Of a stretch of DNA of 32,000 nt, positions 1-11,028 are shown piece after piece. A program made the translations under genes and the position numbers. This DNA comes from Escherichia coli (GTDB taxonomy: Bacteria; Pseudomonadota; Gammaproteobacteria; Enterobacterales; Enterobacteriaceae), in the NCBI RefSeq assembly GCF_041320205.1, contig NZ_CP100996.1. One strand, given 5' to 3'. The notes beneath the pieces were generated by a model. That model was not told where the DNA came from and ran no database searches. It saw only the letters and a program-made list of their open reading frames with translations. The number at the start of each line of letters is the position of its first letter. The first letter of the stretch is position 1.

Positions 1-351
1 GCCGGTAAAGAAACCAGCTATCCACGTCGTTTGTCTGGCGGTCAACAGCAACGTGTTGCGATTGCACGTGCGCTGGCAATGCGTCCTGAGGTGATTTTGT
101 TTGACGAGCCAACGTCGGCGCTGGATCCAGAGCTGGTGGGCGAAGTCCTGAACACCATCCGTCAGCTGGCGCAGGAAAAGCGCACGATGGTGATTGTGAC
201 GCACGAAATGAGCTTTGCCCGGGATGTTGCGGACCGGGCGATTTTTATGGACCAGGGGCGGATAGTCGAGCAGGGGGCAGCAAAAGCGTTATTTGCCGAT
301 CCCCAGCAGCCTCGCACCCGCCAGTTCCTCGAGAAGTTTCTGCTGCAATAA
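1..351 (+). CDS. tcyN: L-cystine ABC transporter ATP-binding protein, C-terminal part (5' end outside window)
   Basis: ABC signature LSGGQQQRVAIARAL, Walker B VILFDEPTSALDPE, H-loop VTHEMSFA; frame open to the window edge; followed by sdiA as in the E. coli backbone. Confidence 0.9.
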   Translation, partial: AGKETSYPRRLSGGQQQRVAIARALAMRPEVILFDEPTSALDPELVGEVLNTIRQLAQEKRTMVIVTHEMSFARDVADRAIFMDQGRIVEQGAAKALFADPQQPRTRQFLEKFLLQ

Positions 352-580
352 TAAGAAAAAATCAGCCCCGACGATTCACCTGTCGGGGCGGGACGCCATT
401 TCAAGCGTGATAAAACAGCTTAACAAATCAGCATAACTCATTAATAACATAAGAGAATGCGATGGCTTGCAAAAGTAATTCATTGCCTGAATAATATAAA
501 TTATATATAAATCTTATTTATGTGATAGTTTGAATTATCATTATAAATGATACTCACTCTCAGGGGCGTTGCGGTTTACT

Positions 581-1303
581 ATGCAGGATACGGATTTTTT
601 CAGCTGGCGTCGCACGATGCTGTTGCGTTTTCAGAGGATGGAGGCCGCAGAAGAGGTCTACCATGAAATAGAGCTTCAGGCTCAGCAGCTAGAGTACGAT
701 TACTATTCGTTATGTGTTCGCCACCCGGTACCATTCACGCGACCTAAAGTGGCTTTCTACACCAATTACCCTGAGGCGTGGGTTAGTTATTATCAGGCAA
801 AAAACTTTCTCGCAATTGATCCGGTGCTGAACCCTGAAAACTTTAGTCAGGGCCATTTAATGTGGAATGATGACTTATTCAGCGAAGCACAGCCGTTATG
901 GGAAGCCGCGCGCGCACATGGTTTACGCCGCGGTGTCACTCAGTATTTAATGCTGCCAAACCGGGCGCTGGGCTTTTTGTCCTTTTCCCGTAGCAGCGCG
1001 CGCGAAATACCCATTCTTAGTGATGAACTGCAATTAAAAATGCAGTTACTGGTGTGCGAAAGTCTGATGGCTCTGATGCGTTTAAATGATGAAATAGTGA
1101 TGACGCCAGAGATGAATTTCAGCAAGCGCGAAAAAGAAATTTTGAAATGGACGGCGGAAGGGAAGACATCAGCAGAGATAGCGATGATTTTGTCAATCTC
1201 TGAGAATACGGTCAATTTCCACCAGAAAAACATGCAGAAAAAAATTAATGCACCAAATAAGACGCAGGTTGCCTGTTACGCGGCCGCTACTGGCTTAATT
1301 TGA
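581..1303 (+). CDS. sdiA: LuxR-family quorum-sensing transcriptional regulator SdiA (240 aa; track ORF starts 12 nt earlier at 569)
   Basis: MQDTDFFSWRRTMLLRFQRM N-terminus and C-terminal LuxR HTH SKREKEILKWTAEGKTSAEIAMILSISENTVNFH; near-identical to remembered E. coli SdiA. Confidence 0.95.
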   Translation: MQDTDFFSWRRTMLLRFQRMEAAEEVYHEIELQAQQLEYDYYSLCVRHPVPFTRPKVAFYTNYPEAWVSYYQAKNFLAIDPVLNPENFSQGHLMWNDDLFSEAQPLWEAARAHGLRRGVTQYLMLPNRALGFLSFSRSSAREIPILSDELQLKMQLLVCESLMALMRLNDEIVMTPEMNFSKREKEILKWTAEGKTSAEIAMILSISENTVNFHQKNMQKKINAPNKTQVACYAAATGLI

Positions 1304-1370
1304 TCTCTTTTCTGTTCTGCGTGCCAGATGCAAAAACCGGCTGAAAGGCACGCTCTCAGCCGGTTTTATA

Positions 1371-1595
1371 TTACTGACGGTAGGCTTGTTTAATTTGCTT
1401 AACCGTTTTGGAAAATACTGCAGCCTGGGTTTCGTCTTCGATCAGCGCAAGCTGTTTTTCCATCTTTAACATCACGCGGCCCGCGTCAGCTTGTCCCATC
1501 GCCTGCAGCATCAGCGTCAGCATCGCTTTCAGGCAGGAGACTTCATTTGCCAGTTCTTGATTATTCTCGGCAGTAGAAAAATCAGGCGTACTCAT
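1371..1595 (-). CDS. yecF: small conserved protein YecF
   Basis: 74-aa ORF between sdiA and uvrY, sequence and synteny match E. coli yecF. Confidence 0.85.
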
Positions 1596-2053
1596 TTATT
1601 TTCCTCGTCATGTTGCAATGAAAATTTGCGGTGAAAAATGTTAAGGCGGCGGAGTATACCATAAGCTTTGCTAAAAATAGCAGTGGTTGTTTTTTGAGCG
1701 TGATATCAACAGTACTATAAAATACGTTAATATAATGACCAATAAATATTTTTATCATGAATGTTTTTTGCCCGTATTGTTCGGGTTAATTAATGTTACA
1801 TATTCAGCGGGCTGATTTTCATTTTTGCTGAATAAAGTCAATTTTTGTCACATTTCATCGCCGGGCTTACTGTGAAACGATCCCGGAAGCCGTTGGTGAC
1901 GGGCGTGACCATAACTGTGGACAATCGAATTTACAAAAACGAGAGAAAAATCGAATACCCACCATTTTTAACGTTTCAAAGTTGCAATAAAAACCGCTAA
2001 TATACGAATGACTAACTATCAGTAGCGTTATCCCTATTTCTGGAGATATTCCT

Positions 2054-2710
2054 TTGATCAACGTTCTACTTGTTGATGACCACGAACTGGTGCGCGCAGG
2101 GATACGACGCATTCTGGAAGATATAAAGGGTATAAAAGTCGTCGGTGAGGCATCGTGCGGTGAAGACGCCGTTAAGTGGTGCCGGACAAATTCCGTTGAC
2201 GTGGTGCTAATGGACATGAGTATGCCGGGCATTGGCGGTCTTGAGGCGACGCGTAAAATCGCGCGTTCCACAGCTGATGTCAAAATCATCATGCTTACCG
2301 TCCATACAGAAAACCCTTTACCAGCGAAAGTCATGCAGGCCGGTGCTGCGGGCTACCTCAGCAAAGGCGCGGCTCCGCAGGAAGTCGTGAGTGCGATTCG
2401 TTCTGTCTATTCAGGGCAGCGTTACATTGCTTCTGACATCGCTCAACAAATGGCGTTAAGCCAGATCGAACCAGAAAAAACAGAAAGCCCATTTGCCAGT
2501 TTGTCTGAACGTGAATTGCAGATTATGCTGATGATCACCAAGGGCCAGAAGGTCAATGAGATCTCAGAACAGCTCAATCTCAGTCCGAAAACGGTGAACA
2601 GCTACCGCTATCGTATGTTCAGTAAACTAAACATTCATGGCGATGTTGAGCTGACTCACCTGGCAATTCGCCATGGTCTGTGTAATGCGGAGACATTATC
2701 AAGTCAGTGA
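2054..2710 (+). CDS. uvrY: response regulator UvrY (BarA/UvrY system), TTG start
   Basis: [21 protein letters not shown] receiver domain plus LuxR-type HTH; adjacent to uvrC. Confidence 0.95.
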
Positions 2711-4539
2711 GTGATCAGTTTGACGCAAAAGCGTTTTTAAAAACCGTAACCAGCCAGCCAGGCGTTTATCGCATGTACGATGCTGGTGGTACGGTTATCT
2801 ATGTCGGCAAAGCGAAAGACCTGAAAAAACGGCTTTCCAGCTATTTCCGTAGCAACCTCGCTTCGCGCAAAACCGAAGCGCTGGTCGCCCAGATCCAGCA
2901 AATTGATGTAACGGTTACTCATACAGAAACCGAAGCGCTGTTGCTGGAACACAACTACATCAAACTCTATCAGCCGCGTTACAACGTTTTACTACGCGAT
3001 GATAAATCTTATCCCTTTATCTTCCTGAGTGGCGATACCCATCCGCGTCTGGCGATGCATCGTGGTGCGAAGCATGCTAAAGGTGAATATTTCGGCCCGT
3101 TCCCGAATGGCTATGCCGTACGTGAAACACTGGCGCTACTGCAAAAGATTTTCCCCATTCGCCAGTGCGAAAACAGTGTTTATCGCAATCGCTCGCGTCC
3201 GTGTCTGCAATATCAGATAGGACGTTGTCTGGGGCCGTGCGTTGAAGGACTGGTGAGTGAAGAAGAATACGCTCAGCAGGTCGAGTATGTGCGCCTGTTT
3301 TTGTCTGGCAAAGATGATCAGGTGCTTACGCAACTGATTAGCCGTATGGAAACTGCCAGCCAGAATCTGGAGTTTGAAGAAGCTGCACGTATTCGCGACC
3401 AAATTCAGGCGGTGCGACGCGTCACCGAAAAACAGTTTGTTTCCAATACCGGCGACGACCTTGACGTTATTGGTGTGGCGTTCGATGCGGGCATGGCTTG
3501 TGTCCACGTATTGTTCATTCGTCAGGGCAAAGTGCTCGGCAGCCGCAGCTATTTCCCGAAAGTGCCTGGCGGTACGGAACTGAGCGAGGTGGTGGAAACC
3601 TTCGTAGGTCAGTTCTATTTACAAGGCAGCCAGATGCGCACCTTACCGGGTGAGATCCTGCTCGATTTTAATCTTAGCGATAAAACGCTGCTCGCCGATT
3701 CCCTTTCAGAACTGGCGGGACGCAAGATTAATGTTCAAACCAAACCTCGCGGCGATAGGGCGCGTTATCTGAAACTCGCGCGCACCAATGCGGCGACGGC
3801 CTTAACCAGCAAACTTTCGCAGCAATCTACCGTTCACCAGCGACTGACCGCGCTTGCCAGCGTGTTGAAATTGCCGGAAGTGAAGCGGATGGAGTGCTTT
3901 GACATCAGCCATACCATGGGCGAACAAACCGTCGCTTCCTGTGTGGTGTTTGATGCTAACGGCCCGCTGCGTGCGGAGTATCGGCGCTATAACATTACTG
4001 GCATCACGCCGGGCGATGATTATGCGGCGATGAATCAGGTGCTGCGTCGGCGTTATGGTAAAGCCATTGACGACAGTAAGATCCCGGATGTGATCCTTAT
4101 CGACGGCGGCAAAGGCCAGCTTGCGCAGGCGAAAAATGTCTTCGCCGAACTGGATGTCTCATGGGATAAAAATCATCCGCTGCTACTTGGCGTTGCCAAA
4201 GGAGCAGATCGTAAGGCTGGGCTGGAAACGCTGTTCTTTGAGCCGGAAGGTGAGGGATTTAGTTTGCCGCCAGATTCTCCCGCGCTGCATGTTATCCAGC
4301 ATATTCGCGATGAATCACACGATCACGCGATTGGCGGGCACCGTAAAAAACGGGCGAAGGTCAAAAATACCAGTTCCCTGGAAACCATTGAAGGCGTCGG
4401 GCCAAAACGTCGGCAAATGTTGTTGAAATATATGGGCGGTTTGCAAGGTTTACGTAACGCCAGCGTCGAGGAAATTGCAAAAGTGCCGGGTATTTCGCAA
4501 GGTCTGGCAGAAAAGATCTTCTGGTCGTTGAAACATTGA
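2707..4539 (+). CDS. uvrC: excinuclease ABC subunit C, GTG start overlapping uvrY stop
   Basis: GIY-YIG domain ([26 protein letters not shown]), UvrC homology region and C-terminal HhH motifs. Confidence 0.97.
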
Positions 4540-4595
4540 TGTCTCTGTAGCAACATAGGGGTAATCTTACTGACAACAGATAGTTACCCGTCATT

Positions 4596-5144
4596 ATGCA
4601 ATTTAATATCCCTACGTTGCTTACACTGTTCCGTGTCATCCTTATCCCATTCTTTGTATTGGTCTTTTATCTGCCTGTCACCTGGTCGCCGTTTGCCGCC
4701 GCGCTCATTTTCTGCGTCGCGGCGGTGACTGACTGGTTCGATGGTTTTCTGGCACGCCGCTGGAACCAGAGTACCCGGTTTGGTGCTTTCCTTGACCCTG
4801 TCGCAGATAAAGTTCTCGTGGCTATCGCCATGGTGCTGGTAACCGAGCATTATCACAGCTGGTGGGTGACCTTACCGGCGGCAACGATGATCGCCCGTGA
4901 AATTATTATTTCTGCGCTACGCGAATGGATGGCGGAGTTGGGTAAACGCAGTAGCGTGGCTGTCTCCTGGATTGGGAAAGTGAAAACTACGGCCCAGATG
5001 GTGGCGTTGGCCTGGCTGCTGTGGCGTCCGAACATTTGGGTTGAGTACGCCGGTATTGCACTTTTCTTTGTGGCTGCGGTACTGACTCTGTGGTCAATGT
5101 TGCAATATTTGAGCGCTGCGCGTGCAGATTTGCTTGATCAGTGA
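4596..5144 (+). CDS. pgsA: CDP-diacylglycerol--glycerol-3-phosphate 3-phosphatidyltransferase
   Basis: 182 aa, CDP-alcohol phosphotransferase motif [28 protein letters not shown]. Confidence 0.97.
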
Positions 5145-5295
5145 TCGTTTCGGTGCAATTTTCAGCAAACGATCAAAAGTGGTGAAAAATATCGTTGACT
5201 CATCGCGCCAGGTAAGTAGAATGCAACGCATCGAACGGCGGCACTGATTGCCAGACGATAATAAAATCAAGTGATTAACTGATTGCTTGATGAAT

Positions 5296-5371
<76 letters not shown>

Positions 5372-5427
5372 GTTTAAAAGACATCGGCCTCAAGCGGATG
5401 TCTGGCTGAAAGGCCTGAAGAATTTGG

Positions 5428-5501
5428 CGCGTTAACAAAGCGGTTATGTAGCGGATTGCAAATCCGTCTAGTCCGGTTCGACTCCGGAACGCGCCTCCAC
5501 T
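5428..5501 (+). tRNA. cysT: tRNA-Cys (GCA anticodon)
   Basis: 74-nt GGCGCGTTAACAAAGCGG...GGATTGCAAATCC...GGTTCGACTCCGGAACGCGCCTCCA. Confidence 0.96.
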
Positions 5502-5511
5502 TTCTTCCCGA

Positions 5512-5598
5512 GCCCGGATGGTGGAATCGGTAGACACAAGGGATTTAAAATCCCTCGGCGTTCGCGCTGTGCGGGTTCAAGTCCCGCTCCGGGTACCA
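5512..5598 (+). tRNA. leuZ: tRNA-Leu (TAA anticodon), integration target of the adjacent element
   Basis: GCCCGGATGGTGGAATCGG...GGATTTAAAATCCC...GGTTCAAGTCCCGCTCCGGGTACCA; 5' boundary +/-2 nt. Confidence 0.94.
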
Positions 5599-5642
5599 TG
5601 GGAAACATCAGAATAATCAAAGCAATAAGCAGTGTCGTGAAA

Positions 5643-5663
5643 TCACCTTCGGGTGGTTTTTTT
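5643..5663 (+). terminator. Rho-independent terminator downstream of the tRNA cluster
   Basis: CACC-TTCG-GGTG hairpin followed by a run of 7 T. Confidence 0.75.
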
Positions 5664-5837
5664 GTGCATGCAATTCACGCCCTGTGCATATCCTGTGCTC
5701 ACGGGGTGCAATGAGCTGCAATCTTCAGCCTGGCAATGCCGAATCGAACGTGTCGCTTCCAGCATAGAGAACCAGGCCGCTTTGCCTGTTTTCCGGTACG
5801 CTTCCGGGAAGGGGGCCGCTGAGCAAGCTGTAATGCT

Positions 5838-6577
5838 CTAGCCACCCTGAGTACAAAGTTGCTTAATTCGTGCAATCACCTCATCTCTGTACTTCTGGTG
5901 TCCGCGCATAGCCCTTGGATGGGCAATTCTGAAACAGATTGCATTACCTGTTTTGAACTCCCATAGCTTCCCCGGAATGACTGCAGAAGTCTCATAGCCG
6001 CCCAGCTCAGTAAGCACCTGTTTTATGATGTAGTCTGTTCTCCGGGCTCCAGATGCAAAGATGATGAAATCAGGCTCAAGGTGTTTAATTTGTACCGCCA
6101 GCAGCTTCAGCGAGGCAATATAACTTCCTGCACTTCATTTTGAGGGCGATTGAGAGGGGTCAGTCCGTCGTAATCCCACGCCAGTAGATTGGCATACACG
6201 ATAGCCTGAGGAGGGATATTAAGCTCCCGGGCCAGCCTGAAATGATACTGCGTGAAGCGGCTACGTGATTTGAGGTTAGTGGTGCCATAATTTTGTACCG
6301 GAAGATGTTTCCTGTAACGATCTACAGCTTCTTCAACCACCTGCCCGATGGTGACGTCAGGTATAAGTCCCAACACCCGTGATATCGTATTCTTACCATT
6401 CAGAGTATTCCAGCCAGCGGTTTCACGTCCAACCAGCATGATTTTTACCGGTGAGTGCCAGTATTCTTCAAAGGGCACGGGTAAAAAGACGCCTGAGTAT
6501 TTATCCTCATTCAGGTTAAATGACTGGGCGTCAACTTCCTGCAATATCCGTTTGTACGCGTCTAATAGCTTTTCCAT
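5838..6577 (-). pseudogene. uracil-DNA glycosylase-superfamily-like protein, interrupted by a single frameshift near 6110-6130
   Basis: ORF 6107..6577 (MEKLLDAYKRIL...PVKIMLVGRETAGWNTL...) continues in another frame as ..LKLLAVQIKHLEPDFIIFASGARRTDYIIKQVLTELGGYETSAVIPGKLWEFKTGNAICFRIAHPRAMRGHQKYRDEVIARIKQLCTQGG*; GRExxGW and FRIAHP resemble UDG-fold motifs. Confidence 0.6.
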
Positions 6578-6657
6578 TCTTCAATCCTGCCCCGTAATAA
6601 AAACACCTTCAGATATATATTATCTCCATGATATCAATCAGATACATGAGGATAATT

Positions 6658-7857
6658 ATGCAAAAATCCTTCCGGTTTACCAATGCATCCATCAAAGCCC
6701 TACCTGCAAATACTGATACCCGCTCTACAGAGCTTGAGGTATCTGATACCGAAGTTATTGGACTCAAGTGCCTCTCAGGTCGAACAGGCAACAAGCGCTT
6801 CCTTCTGCGGTATACATTCCACGGTACCAAAAAAAGTATCAGTATTGGCAGATTTCCTGAAATTGATGTGGGAACAGCCCGGCAAATAGCCCGTCGTCAC
6901 AAAGAAGCGATTGCGCTGGGAAATGACCCTAAAGCGGAGCGAGATAACTACCGCGCGATGCCAACACTTGGTGAGTTTTTCCATCAAACCTATGTTCCTT
7001 ATATAAAGCGCCATAAAAAGTCATGGGATAAGGATGTTCAGCGTTTCACGCAATACATTGAACCTCGTCTGGGAAAGATACGTTACTGCGATCTCAGGGC
7101 CAGAGAGATACAACAGGTGCTGTTTGACATGCTGGAGGGGCGTATTCACGGGCAGCAATATGCGCCGTCTACCTGTAACAGAGCCCTTGCTATTCTGAAA
7201 ACGATGGGGCGTTATGCGTTGCGACAGGATGTGCTGGAAAAGAATGAAGCCGATAAGATCCCTTTGCTGAAAGAGAATAATCAGCGGACGCGCTTTTTTG
7301 ATGCTGATGAGATCAGGCGCATTCTTGACGCTGCTACCCAATATCCCAACAAAGCTGCCGGGGGATTGATAGCCATGTTGTTGTTAACCGGTACACGCAA
7401 ATCAGAAATGCTTAATGTCAGGCATGAACATATCGACCGGGTCAATCGTACTCTGTTCATTCCTTATACAAAAAATGGTCGCAGTCGGACGGTATATCTA
7501 AGCGATGCCGCATTATCGATTATTGATGCTATCCCACGAGTTGGCAGTAATCCGTATCTGTTCGCCATTAAGGATAATGGAAAACCGATATCGGAACCCC
7601 GATGGGCATATGAAAAAATACTGGCACAGTGCGGTATAGACAAGAATGAAGTCTGTTTTCACACCACACGTCATTCTGTTGCCTCTTTACTGGTTTCGAG
7701 TGGTCAATTCAGCCTGTATGACGTTAAAGCCCAACTGGCGCATGCCAGTATTCAGAGTACAGAACGTTACGCGAAATTAACACCGGAACGTATGCGTCAG
7801 ACAGGGCAGGGAGTGACTGACCTGCTTCTGAATACTGCGGCTACGAAGCAGATGTGA
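6658..7857 (+). CDS. tyrosine recombinase/phage-type integrase (P4-like, N-terminal DUF4102-like arm); track ORF starts at 6628
   Basis: Catalytic residues in LLTGTRKSEML, HTTRHSVASLL and LAHASIQSTERYAKL; located next to leuZ. Confidence 0.92.
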   Translation: MQKSFRFTNASIKALPANTDTRSTELEVSDTEVIGLKCLSGRTGNKRFLLRYTFHGTKKSISIGRFPEIDVGTARQIARRHKEAIALGNDPKAERDNYRAMPTLGEFFHQTYVPYIKRHKKSWDKDVQRFTQYIEPRLGKIRYCDLRAREIQQVLFDMLEGRIHGQQYAPSTCNRALAILKTMGRYALRQDVLEKNEADKIPLLKENNQRTRFFDADEIRRILDAATQYPNKAAGGLIAMLLLTGTRKSEMLNVRHEHIDRVNRTLFIPYTKNGRSRTVYLSDAALSIIDAIPRVGSNPYLFAIKDNGKPISEPRWAYEKILAQCGIDKNEVCFHTTRHSVASLLVSSGQFSLYDVKAQLAHASIQSTERYAKLTPERMRQTGQGVTDLLLNTAATKQM

Positions 7858-7887
7858 CTACTTTTTAGCAAACTATAAATATGGAGA

Positions 7888-8130
7888 ATGAGGATGCATT
7901 TAAAATGCCCACAGTGTGGCAGTTGTAATACATTGATAAGTTCAGCAGGAAAACTGCCATCGATAACCGATAATAAACGCTCTGGGTATATTAGCCTGGA
8001 GTTTTTACCTGAAATACTGAAAGAAATTATTAAGGCTATTAAAAAACTATTTGGATTCCTTGAACAGTGTGAAAGGAATAATGCTCCAGTGCTTATCTGT
8101 ATGGACTGTGGGTATTATGAAAGAATTTAA
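7888..8130 (+). CDS. small zinc-ribbon-like hypothetical protein
   Basis: CPQCGSCNTLI...VLICMDCGYYERI (paired CxxC motifs), 80 aa, downstream of integrase. Confidence 0.5.
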   Translation: MRMHLKCPQCGSCNTLISSAGKLPSITDNKRSGYISLEFLPEILKEIIKAIKKLFGFLEQCERNNAPVLICMDCGYYERI

Positions 8131-8178
8131 ATAGAAAACCAATAACTGTAAATAATAGTTATGCGGATGTATAAAAAC

Positions 8179-8207
8179 CCCGATACGTTAATCGTATCGG
8201 GTTTTTT
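8179..8207. terminator. strong, potentially bidirectional Rho-independent terminator
   Basis: CCCGATACG-TTAAT-CGTATCGGG followed by T6 and preceded by A5. Confidence 0.85.
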
Positions 8208-8225
8208 GTTTATGAGGATCATTCA

Positions 8226-8597
8226 ATGAAATTTGTCTCGAACTGGCAAGACCTGCCGTCGCTCCTTCTTCCGGAGTCAGTAATGAGTCTGTTGAAAACA
8301 GAGCTGGTACTCCCATTTGAAGATGAATACTCTGCAATGAGTTTCTGGGATGAAGTCGGGGTGACATTAATATATGTCGAGCCCGATGATGTACCTGAAG
8401 ATATTAAAGCGCAGGTATTAAATGTGATTCATCAGTTAATTGCAAATCCAGAATTTGTAGTCCGTCTGACAGATGACTATTACCTGATGCTTTCTGTTAC
8501 GGAAGATAACGGGAACGGTATTTATCTGTTATTTCACCCCGATTGCCCTCTGAAGGGTATTGATTTATTAATTTCTATGGCCGAATCACGCTATTAA
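8226..8597 (+). CDS. hypothetical protein (123 aa)
   Basis: Open frame; first gene of a co-oriented three-gene cassette behind a terminator. Confidence 0.6.
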   Translation: MKFVSNWQDLPSLLLPESVMSLLKTELVLPFEDEYSAMSFWDEVGVTLIYVEPDDVPEDIKAQVLNVIHQLIANPEFVVRLTDDYYLMLSVTEDNGNGIYLLFHPDCPLKGIDLLISMAESRY

Positions 8598-8622
8598 ACA
8601 CAAGCAAAACCAGGAACGCAAA

Positions 8623-9156
8623 ATGAGTAAATCAAAATTAGTTAAAAATAATGTTGAGTCAGTTTCGAAGGAGATTAAAAATGAGGCAGAGGTTATTCAT
8701 GAAAATCTCAGTGCAGATGAACAAACATTATCTGATGTAAAAGACTATCAGTTGCTCATTGAAACAGGTCAGGCAGAAAAAATCAGTCCTAAGGCAAGTG
8801 GTATGCTGACATGGCAACTGGCGATATCAGAGGTGGACAATGAACTTTATCTTCGTCTGGTGGCAAATGGCTGTGGAGGGTTGTTCTCTAAGGACTGGAT
8901 CTCACTTTCAAAGATTGCATCTGTTCTGGAAACACAACCTGCTACCGGCTTCTCATCCGGAGTATTCAGGCCGCTATTCAAAGGGGCAAGCGCCAACAAT
9001 GCAGGTTTTCTGGCTGCAGTTTTACGCTCCCCGGATATATGTCTGCTGGAGGCACATCCAGAGAAGTTATTTACTCATGTATTATACCCGGACTGGAGGG
9101 AGCGGTTGAATAAACTTAATACGATTAGTAGCCAGGAAAAGATTACAGAGGATTAA
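8623..9156 (+). CDS. hypothetical protein (177 aa)
   Basis: Open frame; upstream AGGAACGCAAA-type RBS region; spaced 25 nt from previous gene. Confidence 0.6.
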   Translation: MSKSKLVKNNVESVSKEIKNEAEVIHENLSADEQTLSDVKDYQLLIETGQAEKISPKASGMLTWQLAISEVDNELYLRLVANGCGGLFSKDWISLSKIASVLETQPATGFSSGVFRPLFKGASANNAGFLAAVLRSPDICLLEAHPEKLFTHVLYPDWRERLNKLNTISSQEKITED

Positions 9157-9228
9157 TTTATTTCCTGCACTGTTATACAACCAGAAATCACCACACACCA
9201 CTATTTACTTTCTAAAGGAAAATTTATT

Positions 9229-9663
9229 ATGCAAACCCAATATGCCTTAAAACAGGCAGGATTAACTCTGCCTGTTACTAAAGAATTTCAGCAGCATATT
9301 ACTACTCTTCTGGCAAATCAGGTTTTACAAAAAATAACTGAGGCAGTGGTTATTAATTTCCGTGATCCGGACTACAGTGCAGAATCCGGGGGCTTTCATC
9401 CCGTTGAAATACGGTTTATCCGTAAGAATAATGAATGGTATTTTGATTATGTCACAGATTTTAGTTATATGGGGCGTGTCTACCCTGAGCTGGAAAAAGA
9501 AATTGATTTTTGCTGGTCGGGGAATTATGTATTCCATTATCTGATTGGGGATATTTCACTGGCAGCAGAGAGGAATGAACTCTGGTCCCTGTGGGAGCGT
9601 AATTTTATGGAGTATCTCTCTATGGGGATTTACCGGGTAACGGTAACTGTGGAAAGTTGTTGA
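9229..9663 (+). CDS. DUF2787-like protein
   Basis: VVINFRDPDYSAESGGFHPVEIRFIRKNNEWYFDYVTDFSYMGRVYPELEKEIDFCW resembles DUF2787 proteins seen in integrative elements. Confidence 0.65.
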   Translation: MQTQYALKQAGLTLPVTKEFQQHITTLLANQVLQKITEAVVINFRDPDYSAESGGFHPVEIRFIRKNNEWYFDYVTDFSYMGRVYPELEKEIDFCWSGNYVFHYLIGDISLAAERNELWSLWERNFMEYLSMGIYRVTVTVESC

Positions 9664-9826
9664 CCCGTTATGAACAGGAAGAAAGCGGGCGGCTTTGTAA
9701 TCTACTGCATGTGGCGTGCATCACAGCATGGAGATGATGTCTCTTTTTCCTGGCTGTTCGCATAAACAAGTGCAGACACGGGGGATCTCAGATCCCTCGT
9801 GATTTTTGCCCCCTATGGTGCATTCT

Positions 9827-9929
9827 CCAGTAGCAGGGTGATAACGGTTAATCCATTACCCCAACGACAGTATTACACCGGTAATAAATGTTCATGAATA
9901 CAGTTAGTTATGTGGGTTTTGAGGTGGGC
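9827..9929 (+). repeat. copy A of a diverged ~100-bp direct repeat (copy B at 20750-20852)
   Basis: ccagtagcagggtgataacggttaatccattaccccaacgacagtattacaccggtaataaatg aligns with ccagtacgggtgatatatggatcatcattaccccaacggcagttttacaccatggctaatatg. Confidence 0.65.
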
Positions 9930-9943
9930 TATGTCATCGTTGA

Positions 9944-10998
9944 GGCTTTGTTGAATAAATCAGATTTCGGGTAAGTCTCCCCGTAGCGGGTTGTGTTTTC
10001 AGGCAATACGCACGCTTTCAGGCATACCTGCTTTCGTCATTTTGTTCAGCGCTCGTACCAGGGCCATAGCCTCTGCAACCTGACCATCGTAGTCACGCAG
10101 CGTCAGTGAACCCCCGAACAGCTGTTTTACCCGGTACATCGCCGTTTCCGCTATCGAGCGACGGTTGTAATCTGTTGTCCATTTCCACCGCGCATTACTC
10201 CCGGTCATTCGCTGATTAGCCACTGCACGGTTACGGTCTGCATATTCACCGGGCCAGTAACCCGCACCTTTTCGGGGAGGGATAAGCGCGCTGATTTTCT
10301 TACGCCGCAGTTCATCGTGACATAGCCGGGTATCGTAAGCGCCATCGGCGGCGGCTGACCTGATTTTCCGGTGGGTTTGCCGGATTAACCCGGGGAAGGC
10401 CTCTGAGTCCGTAACGTTGTTCAGCGACAGGTCAGCGCAGATGATTTCATGTGTTTTACTGTCAACGGCGAGATGCAGCTTACGCCAGATACGGCGGCGT
10501 TCCTGGCCATGCTTTTTGACTTTCCACTCGCCTTCACCGAAGACCTTCAGCCCGGTGGAATCAATTACCAGGTGTGCGATTTCACCCCGGGTGGGCGTTT
10601 TGAAACTGACATTAACCGACTTTGCCCGCCTGCTGACACAGCTGTAATCCGGACAGCGTAGCGGAACGTTCATCAGAGAAAAATGGAATCAATAAAGCCC
10701 TGCGCAGCGCGCAGGGTCAGCCTGAATACGCGTTTAATGACCAGCACAGTCGTGATGGCAAGGTCAGAATAGCGCTGAGGTCTGCCTCGTGAAGAAGGTG
10801 TTGCTGACTCATACCAGGCCTGAATAGCTTCATCATCCAGCCAGAAAGTTATGGAGCCACGGTTGATGAGGGCTTTATTGTAGGTGGGCCAGTTGGTGAT
10901 TTTGAACTTTTGCTTTGCCACGGAACGGTCTGCGTTGTCGGGAAGATACGTGATCTGATCCTTCAACTCAGCAAAAGTTCGATTTATTCAACAAAGCC
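9944..10998 (-). mobile_element. IS903-like insertion sequence (IS5 family)
   Basis: Terminal IR GGCTTTGTTGAATAAATC; 1055 bp; 9-bp target duplication CATCGTTGA at 9935-9943 and 10999-11007. Confidence 0.95.
9999..10966 (-). pseudogene. IS903-type transposase split by a 1-nt frameshift (ORFs 10673..10966 and 9999..10673)
   Basis: ...LRAAQGFIDSIFL* then ..MNVPLRCPDYSCVSRRAKSVNVSFKT.. which are contiguous in intact IS903-group transposases; loss of one nt at ATTTTTCTCTGATGAAC. Confidence 0.8.
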
Positions 10999-11028
10999 CA
11001 TCGTTGACGATAACTGAAGGTTTTACAG

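Noticed and set aside
162-404. Minus-strand 80-aa ORF over the tcyN end
   Set aside because: Antisense to a well-supported ABC ATPase frame; no independent support.
1867-2334. 155-aa antisense ORF over uvrY
   Set aside because: Shadow frame of the conserved response-regulator gene.
5653-5841. 62-aa ORF just inside the element
   Set aside because: Overlaps the terminator T-run at its start and shows no recognisable motif; coding potential not supportable.
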